Origin: Patescibacteria group bacterium
Lineage (GTDB): Bacteria > Patescibacteriota > Doudnabacteria > UBA920
Direction of reading: 5' to 3'
NCBI GenBank assembly: GCA_023484515.1
Contig: JAMDAY010000007.1
Coordinates: forward strand, 50,179-114,178
Length of the DNA stretch: 64,000 nucleotides
In this document: one piece after another, positions 54,889 through 63,729 of the stretch
Layout: each line of letters begins with the position of its first letter
Position numbering within the stretch: position 1 is the first letter of the stretch
Notes under the pieces: model-generated
The model's input: the letters and a program-made list of their open reading frames with translations, nothing else
Told to the model about the DNA's origin: nothing
The model's database searches: none
Translations under genes and position numbers: made by a program

Positions 54889-57750
54889 ATGCGCGTATAC
54901 AGCTACCAAACCAAAGAGGCTCCGGCCGGCAAGAGCCGCGGGCCGAAAAAATTCAAAAACCGCTGGAAAAAAATTAACTGGAAAAAAGTCTTTACCTGGC
55001 TGTTCCGTCTGGCCGCTGCCGGGGTTTTTCTTGGCGCCCTGCTGTTCTTATACTACGCCAAAGACCTGCCCGACCCCAACAAACTACTGCAACGCGACGT
55101 GCCGGAGTCCACTAAAATTTTTGCCCGCGACAACAGCCTGCTCTACGAAGTCCACGGCGAAGTCAAGCGCACCCAGGTGAACTTGGACCAAATTTCCCCT
55201 TCCCTCAAAGACGCCACCATTGCCATAGAAGACAAAAATTTTTACAAACATAGCGGCATCTCTTTTACCGGCATTGTCCGAGCCGCTTTGGTGGACATTG
55301 TAACCGGCAGGAAGTCGCAGGGCGCAAGCACTATTACCCAGCAATTCGTCAAAAACGCCATCTTGACCAACCAAAAATCGTGGGACCGCAAAATCCGCGA
55401 GGCTATTTTAGCCATTGCCATAGACGCGCGGTTTTCCAAGGACAATATTTTAAAACTTTATTTGAACGAGATTCCTTACGGACGCAACGCTTATGGCATT
55501 GAGGCAGCGTCCCAATCTTATTTCGGCAAATCGGCCAAGGACCTGGATTTGGCCGAAAGCGCTTATTTGGCCGCCTTGCCCCAAGCCCCCACTTATTATA
55601 ATCCCTTGGGGCCCAACCGCGCCGCTTTGGATGCCAGGAAAAATCTAGTACTGGCGCAAATGAAAGAACAGGGTTATATTGACGAAACCCAGGAAAAACA
55701 GGCAAAAGAAGAACAGGTTGCTTTCCAGCCGATTAAGAGCACCATGCTGGCCCCGCATTTTGTGTTAATGGTCCAGGATTACCTGGCCAACAAGTACGGA
55801 GAAAAAACCTTGGAAGAAGGCGGCTTGAAAGTTTATACCACTTTAGACCCCAAGCTGCAGCAAATTGCCGAACAGGTAGTTAAGGACGATGTAAATAAAG
55901 AAAGTAAAAAATATAACGTCAATAACGCCGCCCTGGTTGCCATTGATCCCAAAACCGGACAAATTTTGGCCATGGTCGGCAGCAAGGACTACTTTGGGGA
56001 TTCCGAACCGGCAGGCTGCATTCCGGGAAAAACTTGCACATTTGAACCGATGTTCAATGCCGCGCTTTCCGAACGCCAGCCCGGAAGCAGTTTTAAGCCC
56101 TATGTTTACGCTACGGCTTTTGACTCCGACTTTAAATACAGCCCCGCCAGCATGCTCATTGACGTAACCACGGATTTCGGCACTTTCGGCGGCAAAGACT
56201 ATATTCCCCATAATTTCAATGGCTCTAGTTACGGGGCGGTCTCCATGCGCCAGGCCCTGGCTGGCAGCTTAAACGTGCCTGCGGTCAAAACTTTATCCTT
56301 GGTAGGCGTGGAAAACGCCGTCCAAACCGCGCACAATTTAGGAATTACCAGCCCCTTGCAAAATTGCGGCCTATCCTTGGTGCTAGGAGGCTGCGAAGTA
56401 AATTTGCTTGATCACGTGGCAGCTTATTCCACCATTGCCAACGGCGGCGTAAAAAACGAAAAAACTCCCATTTTAAAAGTAGAAGACAAGGACGGCAATA
56501 TTTTGGAACAATACCAAAACAACCCCAAACAAGTTTTAGACCCCCAGGCTGATTATGAATTAATAAATGTGATGTCTGACAACGACGCCCGAAGCTTTGT
56601 CTTCGGTTCCCATTCGCCTCTAATTTTGCCCGACCGAACCGTAGCCGCCAAAACCGGCACCACGCAGGACTTTAAAGACGGTTGGACAGTGGGTTTTACC
56701 CCTTCTTTAGCTGCCGGCGTATGGACCGGAAACAACAACGGCGATTTATTAAAGGCCGGAGCCGATGGCGTAGTGGTGGCAGCGCCAATCTGGCACGATT
56801 TTATGCAGCAAGCTTTAGCCGGCACTCCGGCTGAAACTTTCCCGGTTCCGGACGGTATTGAGCAAGTTACGGTTGACGCGGTTTCCGGACTTTTGCCTAC
56901 TGACCAAACTCCTTCCACAAAAACTGAAGTGTTTGCCAGCTATTCCGCGCCTGCGCAATATGACAATGTCCACGTTAAGGTGGCAATGGATTCCCAAACC
57001 GGCCTGCCTGCTACATCCTTAACCCCTCCCGGACAAATTACTTACCAAACCTATACGGTCTTCCACAGTGAAAGAAGGAATAATCCCAATTGGGAAAATC
57101 CGGTTATAGCATGGGCGCAAGCGCATGGCTATGCTTATCCTCCCAGTGAACTTGCTGATAATTCTAACGGGCAAGGCAACCCCAATCCCAACGGCCAAGG
57201 GCCGGAGCTGACCATTTTGGAACCTTCCGAAGGTTCTATTGTGTCACAATTGCCCTTACGCGTTTCGGTTTCAGCAGTCTCCGCCAATTTTATGTCCCGG
57301 GTGGATTTATACATGGACGGACAGTTTGTTCAAAGCATAAGCAGTGAGCCTTATGTCTTTAACCTGGACACTCCTTACCGGGACGGACAGCATACTATTG
57401 CCGTAAAAGGCGTTGACAGCGCCGGTACGGTTTCGGATACGAGCGTTAACGTAACCTATTCCTTAGCCACTCCCATCAGCATGGTCGAGCCTTCCGCCCA
57501 GACTCTGGCGTCTTTCCCTCTTACCCTAACCGCGGAAAGCGCCAATTCCTACGGCCAAATCAATTTTTATTATCAAAACAGCTCGGGCCTTTCAAAAGAA
57601 ATCGGTCCGGCTGACGAAATTAGCAGGTTAAACGGCAAATTCCAATACACTTTGGGATGGAACGGGCCGCTGCCTCGGGGAGATTACAAAATTTACGCAC
57701 AAACGGATACGGGAAAAATTACGCCAAAAATTAAGATATCAGTGCCATAA
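54889..57750 (+). CDS. penicillin-binding protein 1A-type bifunctional transglycosylase/transpeptidase with C-terminal extension
   Basis: GT51 motifs (EDKNFYKHSGI, RFSKDNILKLYLNEIPYG) and transpeptidase SxxK/KTGT; 953 aa. Confidence 0.9.
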   Translation: MRVYSYQTKEAPAGKSRGPKKFKNRWKKINWKKVFTWLFRLAAAGVFLGALLFLYYAKDLPDPNKLLQRDVPESTKIFARDNSLLYEVHGEVKRTQVNLDQISPSLKDATIAIEDKNFYKHSGISFTGIVRAALVDIVTGRKSQGASTITQQFVKNAILTNQKSWDRKIREAILAIAIDARFSKDNILKLYLNEIPYGRNAYGIEAASQSYFGKSAKDLDLAESAYLAALPQAPTYYNPLGPNRAALDARKNLVLAQMKEQGYIDETQEKQAKEEQVAFQPIKSTMLAPHFVLMVQDYLANKYGEKTLEEGGLKVYTTLDPKLQQIAEQVVKDDVNKESKKYNVNNAALVAIDPKTGQILAMVGSKDYFGDSEPAGCIPGKTCTFEPMFNAALSERQPGSSFKPYVYATAFDSDFKYSPASMLIDVTTDFGTFGGKDYIPHNFNGSSYGAVSMRQALAGSLNVPAVKTLSLVGVENAVQTAHNLGITSPLQNCGLSLVLGGCEVNLLDHVAAYSTIANGGVKNEKTPILKVEDKDGNILEQYQNNPKQVLDPQADYELINVMSDNDARSFVFGSHSPLILPDRTVAAKTGTTQDFKDGWTVGFTPSLAAGVWTGNNNGDLLKAGADGVVVAAPIWHDFMQQALAGTPAETFPVPDGIEQVTVDAVSGLLPTDQTPSTKTEVFASYSAPAQYDNVHVKVAMDSQTGLPATSLTPPGQITYQTYTVFHSERRNNPNWENPVIAWAQAHGYAYPPSELADNSNGQGNPNPNGQGPELTILEPSEGSIVSQLPLRVSVSAVSANFMSRVDLYMDGQFVQSISSEPYVFNLDTPYRDGQHTIAVKGVDSAGTVSDTSVNVTYSLATPISMVEPSAQTLASFPLTLTAESANSYGQINFYYQNSSGLSKEIGPADEISRLNGKFQYTLGWNGPLPRGDYKIYAQTDTGKITPKIKISVP

Positions 57751-57791
57751 AATTTTGGTGTCCAATAATCTATCGGATCCAGCGCATTGGA

Positions 57792-59141
57792 TTGAATAAT
57801 CTTTCTCATCAGCCAGGCATAATCCGTCCAGCTTATTCCGCAAAAATCAAAAATTTATTTATAATTGAAATTTGCGTCCCAATGCCTTACCTTCTTGCTC
57901 TCACCTTCCTCCTGACTCCCGCTTATGCCGTAAAATTCCAACTTTTGGGCTTTCCGACCAACCTTCTTATGGCCTGGGTGGTTTTGGTTTGGCTGACTTT
58001 TGCCATTTGGTTGATTGTAAAAAAACAGGTTTTACCGTTTTGGAGCTCCATAGCCATGTTTGATAAAAAATTGTTAGCGCTGGTTGGTTTGTTCTTCTTA
58101 GCGGGATTAGTTTCGTTATTCGCTCATGGCTTTGATCGCGCAAAGCTTGGCCAGTTTATTGTCTTATTCCTGCAGCCGATTTCCTTATTTTTTATTGGCC
58201 GATATTTAATTTCACAATTCCCTAAAACCCGTAACTTGTTAATAACTACATGTTATTTGTTGCTGGGCGCAATGGGCATATATGCCGTAATCCAATATTT
58301 TACGCTGGTCGGCCTGCCGCCAGCCTGGTGGGGCAACAGCGAAGAGCCAAAACGGGCCTTGGGATTTTTTGGCCACCCGAATTTTTACGCGTTATTTTCC
58401 ACCCCTCTACTTGCGTTCCTGATTCCTGATGTAGTTGCCCGATTTATCGGGCTCCCAAGCTCCATAAATGGAGCAACTACAAAATCCAGATGGATATTTA
58501 TTACGGCTTGGATTATTGGTGCCACCGGTTTGTTTCTCTCCCTCTCCCGCGCCGGCTGGCTAGGCCTTGGCATGGCAATTCTGGCTTATTTGATTTTTGC
58601 CGCAAATGCAAAAATCCGGCGCCTGGTTACCGTTATAGTTATTGTTATGGTAACTGTTGTTACTACCGTTTCCAACCTTCGCTATCGCGTTGTTTTGCCG
58701 TTTTATGGGGAAAAATCCGCAGTTTCGCGGCTGTCGCTTTGGGAAACAGGCTGGAAAGGTATTAAAGAATCGCCGCTTACCGGTTTGGGCTTAACCGGCT
58801 TTGCGCGACAGTGGCAGATATTAAACACCGATCCCGGCCTGGCCAGCGCTTCTCACAATTTCCCCCACAATATCTTTTTGGATTTATGGGTGGAAACGGG
58901 TCTGCTCGGGCTGATCAGTTTTGTCGGATTAATTTTTATCTACATCTATCGCGGCCTGCGCAATGCCAATCGCCAGCCTGCCTCGCCTGACGCGAGTCAA
59001 GGCAGGTCGTTAAACGTTAATTGTTACGGATTATCCGTTGCCCTTTTCCTCATCGCCTTAATATTCGCCGGCCTCGTGGACAACCCCTACTTCAAAAACG
59101 ATCTTGCCATGGTTTTCTGGTTAGTGCTTTCCCTGGTATGA
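57792..59141 (+). CDS. O-antigen ligase/polymerase (Wzy_C) family membrane protein
   Basis: Polytopic protein with a large periplasmic loop and RAGWLGLGMAILAYL region typical of Wzy_C. Confidence 0.6.
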   Translation: MNNLSHQPGIIRPAYSAKIKNLFIIEICVPMPYLLALTFLLTPAYAVKFQLLGFPTNLLMAWVVLVWLTFAIWLIVKKQVLPFWSSIAMFDKKLLALVGLFFLAGLVSLFAHGFDRAKLGQFIVLFLQPISLFFIGRYLISQFPKTRNLLITTCYLLLGAMGIYAVIQYFTLVGLPPAWWGNSEEPKRALGFFGHPNFYALFSTPLLAFLIPDVVARFIGLPSSINGATTKSRWIFITAWIIGATGLFLSLSRAGWLGLGMAILAYLIFAANAKIRRLVTVIVIVMVTVVTTVSNLRYRVVLPFYGEKSAVSRLSLWETGWKGIKESPLTGLGLTGFARQWQILNTDPGLASASHNFPHNIFLDLWVETGLLGLISFVGLIFIYIYRGLRNANRQPASPDASQGRSLNVNCYGLSVALFLIALIFAGLVDNPYFKNDLAMVFWLVLSLV

Positions 59142-59174
59142 ATATAGTTCACGGCCGTGAACTATATTCATACC
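59135..59174. terminator. perfect 40-nt palindrome GGTATGAATATAGTTCACGG/CCGTGAACTATATTCATACC between convergent genes
   Basis: Read directly; overlaps the stop codon of the O-antigen ligase gene. Confidence 0.55.
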
Positions 59175-59219
59175 AACAATCTGATAAAAAATCGGGACGG
59201 AAACGCAAGAGTGTCTGCG

Positions 59220-59927
59220 TTATCCGCCCCACCTCGAAAAGTGCATAAGGATTTTGTTCTGCAGCCAAGCGGCTGCGTTTTTGTTTGACGGCCGCGGCGT
59301 CAGCCAGTATGTCCCTGTCTCAACAGTAAACATCACGATAAGCAGCCATACTTCGGGTTTTACCATAAACAGCCACCACAAGACCGTGGTGCCGTAAACG
59401 CCAAAGAGATGGATGAACGGCTGGCTTTGCCAGCCAAACTTCACCGGCCAAGTGTAGACAGACTCTTTCCCTTGCGCATCTTCCGCAGCATCGCGCCAAT
59501 CCCCAAGCCAATTGCGAACAGCGGTCGCGATCCCGACAGCCCACGGCAAGATGCTGCCAAAACCGGTAAGAGACGCCACAATCGCAAAAGATTGGATTCC
59601 GCGCAGGAATGGGGAAACTAGCCCCCATGGCCGCTGCTTCTTTCGGGTATAACAAACCGAGCAACCTACAAAAATACACCCTGCCAGGATGTCCTTCCAA
59701 CATATAAGACCAAGCAAAAGAAATAACCACGCTCCTTTATCCGAAACAGATTCACGCCCCTTGTCATGATGCCGTGACTCCAGATAGGCGAGAAAACCAA
59801 CTCAGAGAAACACCGCGCCCCAGAACCGAAGCTTGTCCGGAGAGGTTCCTGCCGCGCCCAGCATGAGCGTTAAATCGGCCAAGGAATACACCCGCAACTG
59901 ACCTAAGTAATTAACGGCCTTTTTCAT
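59220..59927 (-). pseudogene. membrane-protein gene interrupted by a single in-frame TGA (41-aa N-terminal ORF with strong RBS, TGA at 59802-59804, then a same-frame 165-aa ORF)
   Basis: Both ORFs share frame by hand count (ATGs at 59927 and 59717 have equal phase); hydrophobic helices on both sides; AAGGAGAAGGAGG RBS before the first ATG. Confidence 0.4.
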
Positions 59928-60128
59928 TCCTCCTTCTCCTTTCGCGTATCCCCGCCGGGTGTTTTTGTTTTAACGGAGAAGAATAGCAAAAAATAGATAT
60001 ATTGACAATTGAATTCCACTTATAATATAATATATTTAGCCTTAAGTAAGGCTTTTTTATTTCTTTTGATTAGATTTGTCAGAATAGGTTGACACTTGTT
60101 CGCTGACAAATCGACACGCTACAATAGT

Positions 60129-60184
60129 TGTAGTTAGCCCATTTATGGGCTGTCCTTTAACAGCTGATAAATCAGCTAACTACA
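60129..60184. mobile_element. 'TGTAGTTAGC...GCTAACTACA' palindromic element, canonical 56-bp copy B
   Basis: TIRs plus two perfect sub-hairpins (GCCCATTTATGGGC and AGCTGATAAATCAGCT). Confidence 0.7.
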
Positions 60185-60293
60185 ATTACTGCACCCTCTC
60201 TGTCACCCGAAGGGTGACATCTCCCCTAAGGGGGAGGGTTCCGCAGTTTCCGCGATCCGTGTTCATCCGTAATCTATCCGTATTAATCATCCA

Positions 60294-61079
60294 ATGGATT
60301 ATAAGGTTACTGAACAATTACAATCTCTAGGCCTACAAAAACATGAATCCCAAGTCTATTTGGCGCTTTTGGAACTGGGGCAGGGGACTGTTAGCGACAT
60401 CAGTAAGACAGCCCAACTAAACAGAACAACTGGATACGATATATTGGAAAGATTGTCTCTTTACGGGCTGGCCAGCAGAACTACGCGAGACAATAAAAAA
60501 ACGATGTACATTGCCGAGCCGCCGCACCGCCTTAGGCAGTATTTGGAAAACAAAAAACACCAGGCAGAAAGGCGCCTGGCGGACGTCCATGATTTAATCC
60601 CCGATTTGCAGAACCTTTACAAAAAAGAAAACAAACCGGTTATTAAATTCTTTGAAGGCCGGGAAGGCATTAAAAATATTTATTGGCATACGCTGGAAGC
60701 GAAAAGCATAATCTATTCCGTTCTGGATTTAAGCGTGTATTTACCGGAGTATGACCTGTTTGGCAAGGACTATATCCGCCAACGGTCAAAACTCGGCGTA
60801 AAAGAAAAAGCCCTGGTCTTAAAAAACAAAGAAGGTGAGGAGTTTTATGACACTACCTATAAAAATAATCCATTATACCAAAAATTTACCGAATACCGCT
60901 GGCTGGAAAAACAATTTCCTTTTACGCCTGCGGCTGAAGTCAACATTTATGACGATATGGTAATGGGCGTACTGGCCAAGCCAGGCGAAAACGCGGCGTT
61001 TGAAATAAAAAATCCTTCCTTTGCTAATTCTTTAAAAATTATTTTTGAACTGGCCTGGGAACAGGCAAAATCATTATGA
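60294..61079 (+). CDS. TrmB-family HTH transcriptional regulator, paralog 3
   Basis: LQSLGLQKHESQVYLALLELG N-terminal motif. Confidence 0.7.
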   Translation: MDYKVTEQLQSLGLQKHESQVYLALLELGQGTVSDISKTAQLNRTTGYDILERLSLYGLASRTTRDNKKTMYIAEPPHRLRQYLENKKHQAERRLADVHDLIPDLQNLYKKENKPVIKFFEGREGIKNIYWHTLEAKSIIYSVLDLSVYLPEYDLFGKDYIRQRSKLGVKEKALVLKNKEGEEFYDTTYKNNPLYQKFTEYRWLEKQFPFTPAAEVNIYDDMVMGVLAKPGENAAFEIKNPSFANSLKIIFELAWEQAKSL

Positions 61080-61093
61080 CAAAAGGAGGCATT

Positions 61094-61967
61094 ATGCATA
61101 TTCCGATAAAAAAACTTAAAAACGGGTTTGAGATGCCGGGGTTTGGTATGGGAACTTATAAAATGGGAGAAGAAAACCGGGATCAAGACGATATAAACAC
61201 CATTAAAGCCGCAATTGATTTAGGCATTACCCATATTGACACCGCAGAGGCCTATGCTGACGGCAGTGCCGAAGAAATAGTCGGCAAGGCCATAAAAGGC
61301 CGCGTGCGTTCAGGCCTGTTCATTGTTTCCAAGGTCCAGGAAAGCCATTTAAATTACCAAGAAACCAAAACCGCTTTGCACCGCGTTTAAAAAGATTAGA
61401 AACCGGCTATCTTGACTTATACCTATTGCATCGCTATCCAGGCAGCGACAGCAAGCTGAAAGAATGCTTAAAAGCACTGGCAGAATTAAAAGACGAAAAC
61501 CTCATAAAAAATATTGGAATCAGCAACTTTAACCTGGAACATACCAAGCAGGCCTGCGAATGGTCCAAATACCCGGTGGTTGCTACCCAAGTCCACTACA
61601 ACTTGCAATTCCGCGAACCTGAAAAAACCGATTTGCTGGATTTTTGCCAAAATAATGACATAATGTTAATCGCCTGGCGGCCTGTAAATAAAGCATATCA
61701 AGCAAAAAATAAAATCAACTTCACCAAACCGGGTATTCCCGTTTTGGATGAAATTAGCAAAGAATATAAAAAGCCCCCTCCCAGGTTGCCATCAACTGGC
61801 TTATTTCGCAACCGAATGTGGTGACTTTAGTTAAAACCTCTAATCTTAATCATTTACGGGAAAATCTGGGAGCTATTGGCTGGCAAATGAGCGCTGGCGA
61901 TATAGAAAAAATACGAAAGGGATTTCCAAACCAGCAGCCTGTTTCAGATACCGTGCCTTTAGCTTAA
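61094..61967 (+). pseudogene. aldo-keto reductase gene with two -1 frameshifts, both in homopolymers (near 61383-61388 in a T/A run; near 61787-61792 in a C5 run)
   Basis: Three frames each carry consecutive AKR segments, including TALHRV|LKRLETGYLDLYLLH and EYKKP|PAQVAINWLISQPNVV...; AAGGAGG RBS. Confidence 0.7.
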
Positions 61968-61968
61968 T

Positions 61969-62130
61969 GGGTCTGTTGCCGAATGCTATTTTGGCTGCAA
62001 TTTTAGAATTTCGGCATCTTGGCCAAAAAATTTTTTCTTCTTAGCCTGCGGCTAAACATCAAAAATTATTTTGACCAAGCTGCTCGGAATTCTGAAATTT
62101 CGCCTTAAAAGCGCATTCGGCAGCAGACCC
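61969..62130. mobile_element. 162-bp MITE-like element, copy 2
   Basis: About 95% identical by eye to 15439-15600; starts 1 nt after the AKR stop codon within the GCTTAATGGG context. Confidence 0.7.
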
Positions 62131-62156
62131 TTAACGCACTATTTACTTTTATTATC

Positions 62157-62192
62157 AAAACTCGCCCCGAGCAATGCACGGGGCGAGTTTTT
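62157..62192. terminator. terminator AAACTCGCCCCG-AGCAATGCA-CGGGGCGAGTTTTT
   Basis: Read directly downstream of jag. Confidence 0.6.
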
Positions 62193-62202
62193 AAAGTAGG
62201 GA

Positions 62203-62685
62203 TTATCTTTTTTGCCGAATTACCACTTTGCGGCGGGGATCTTCGCCAATAGAGGAGCTTTCCATGTCAGGGAAGTTTTCCTGCAGGTAAGCGTGGATAA
62301 AGCGGCGTTCGTAGTTGGGCATGGGTTCCAGGGCCACCGGCCGGCCCGTGCGCTTGCATTGTTCGGCCGCGCCCTTGGCCGTTTCCTTTAAATACCACTC
62401 GCGCTTGCGTTTGTAATCGTCCACATCCAAGCTGAACCAAAAAGGTTCCGGTCCCGCCGGCTGGCGGGTTAAGCGCCTGGCAACCAAGGCTTGGACTAAA
62501 ATTTGCAAAGCATGCAAGGTTGCGCCCTGGCGGCCTATCAGCAAATAGGAATCCGGGGAACTTATGTTAAAAATCAACCCCTTGGTAATGCTTTCCTCAA
62601 ACTCCACGCTGCCTTTTATGCCGCATTTACCCAAAAGTTCCTCAATTGCCTGCTTGGTTTGGTCAATCTTGCTGTAGTCAGTCAT
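62203..62685 (-). CDS. jag: Jag/KhpB-type RNA-binding protein (KH + R3H)
   Basis: R3H-like RRFIHAYL motif and KH region; conserved position after yidC. Confidence 0.8.
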   Translation of the reverse strand: MTDYSKIDQTKQAIEELLGKCGIKGSVEFEESITKGLIFNISSPDSYLLIGRQGATLHALQILVQALVARRLTRQPAGPEPFWFSLDVDDYKRKREWYLKETAKGAAEQCKRTGRPVALEPMPNYERRFIHAYLQENFPDMESSSIGEDPRRKVVIRQKR

Positions 62686-62748
62686 ATTCTTAGTGATTAG
62701 TTGTTAGTTATTAGTGATTAGTCAAAACCAACCACCAATCACCAAAAA

Positions 62749-63447
62749 CTAAGCAGTCTTAGGCTGTTTGCGCATAATATAATACTGCTGGGCTACGGCA
62801 AACAAAGTGGTGACTATCCAGTATAAAGGCAGGCCGGCAGGCAGTTTTATGGCGACAATTACGCTGATTAGCGGCAAGACATAAGTCGTTTGGAAGCTCA
62901 TGGCCTTAGTGGTTGCATCTTGCCCCGCCACCTTGGGCATCATCATTTTAGATTGCCAAAATTGGGCCAACCCGGCAATTATTCCAAAGACCAAGCTCGG
63001 CTTAGACAAATCCACTAATCCTAAAAATTTGGGATTAATGGTGCCGGGATTCTGCACAAAAGAGTATAATCCCACTAAATGGCTGTTTAAAGCCCTGGCA
63101 AACACCTGGTAAAGAGCGATTAAAATGGGGAGTTGGATAACCAGCGGCAAACAGGAAGACAAGGGGTTTATCTTGTGTTCCTTATACAGCTCCATCATAG
63201 CCTTAGCCTGCCCCTCCTTGTCGTCCTTGTATTTTTCCCGGACTTCGTTCAGTTTGGGCTGAAGCGCGTTCATGGCCTGCTGGCTCTTTAAGGATTTGTG
63301 GAAGCTGGGAGCCAAAATCAGGCGGATTACAATGGTCAGCAATATAATGACCAAACCAATATCGTGCCCGGGCAAAATATTGTAAAAAAATACCAATAAA
63401 TTCAACAGCGGGCGGTATATAATGTCTTGATAAAGCGTAGAAAGCAT
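62749..63447 (-). CDS. yidC: membrane protein insertase YidC (short form)
   Basis: 60 kDa inner-membrane-protein family region (QLPILIALYQVF...); synteny. Confidence 0.9.
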   Translation of the reverse strand: MLSTLYQDIIYRPLLNLLVFFYNILPGHDIGLVIILLTIVIRLILAPSFHKSLKSQQAMNALQPKLNEVREKYKDDKEGQAKAMMELYKEHKINPLSSCLPLVIQLPILIALYQVFARALNSHLVGLYSFVQNPGTINPKFLGLVDLSKPSLVFGIIAGLAQFWQSKMMMPKVAGQDATTKAMSFQTTYVLPLISVIVAIKLPAGLPLYWIVTTLFAVAQQYYIMRKQPKTA

Positions 63448-63453
63448 AATATT

Positions 63454-63726
63454 TTATTCGTTGGGGAGCAGGTCAACTTTCGCCTCGCTCCAAGGATTGC
63501 ATTTTAGAATTCTTTTTGAACCTAAGAACAGCCCTCTTATTAAGCCAAATTTAACAACCGCCTGCCTGGAATATTCGCTGCAGGAAGGATAGTGCCGGCA
63601 GTAGCCGTAAGGATAACGCGCCTTAAGCCAGCTATGGTCAGGAGACAACAGCAGTTGATACGCTTTGATCAGCAATACTGCCATGGCCGCTGGAAAGCTT
63701 ATTAATTTTTTTATAAAATTTGCCAT
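63454..63726 (-). CDS. yidD: membrane protein insertion efficiency factor YidD
   Basis: YQLLLSP...CRHYPSCSEY signature. Confidence 0.85.
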   Translation of the reverse strand: MANFIKKLISFPAAMAVLLIKAYQLLLSPDHSWLKARYPYGYCRHYPSCSEYSRQAVVKFGLIRGLFLGSKRILKCNPWSEAKVDLLPNE

Positions 63727-63729
63727 AAA

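Noticed and set aside
59320-59730. Alternative-frame ORF 59320..59730 - (136 aa)
   Set aside because: It is Arg/Cys-rich junk-like sequence out of frame with the RBS-bearing N-terminal ORF. The other frame encodes plausible transmembrane helices.
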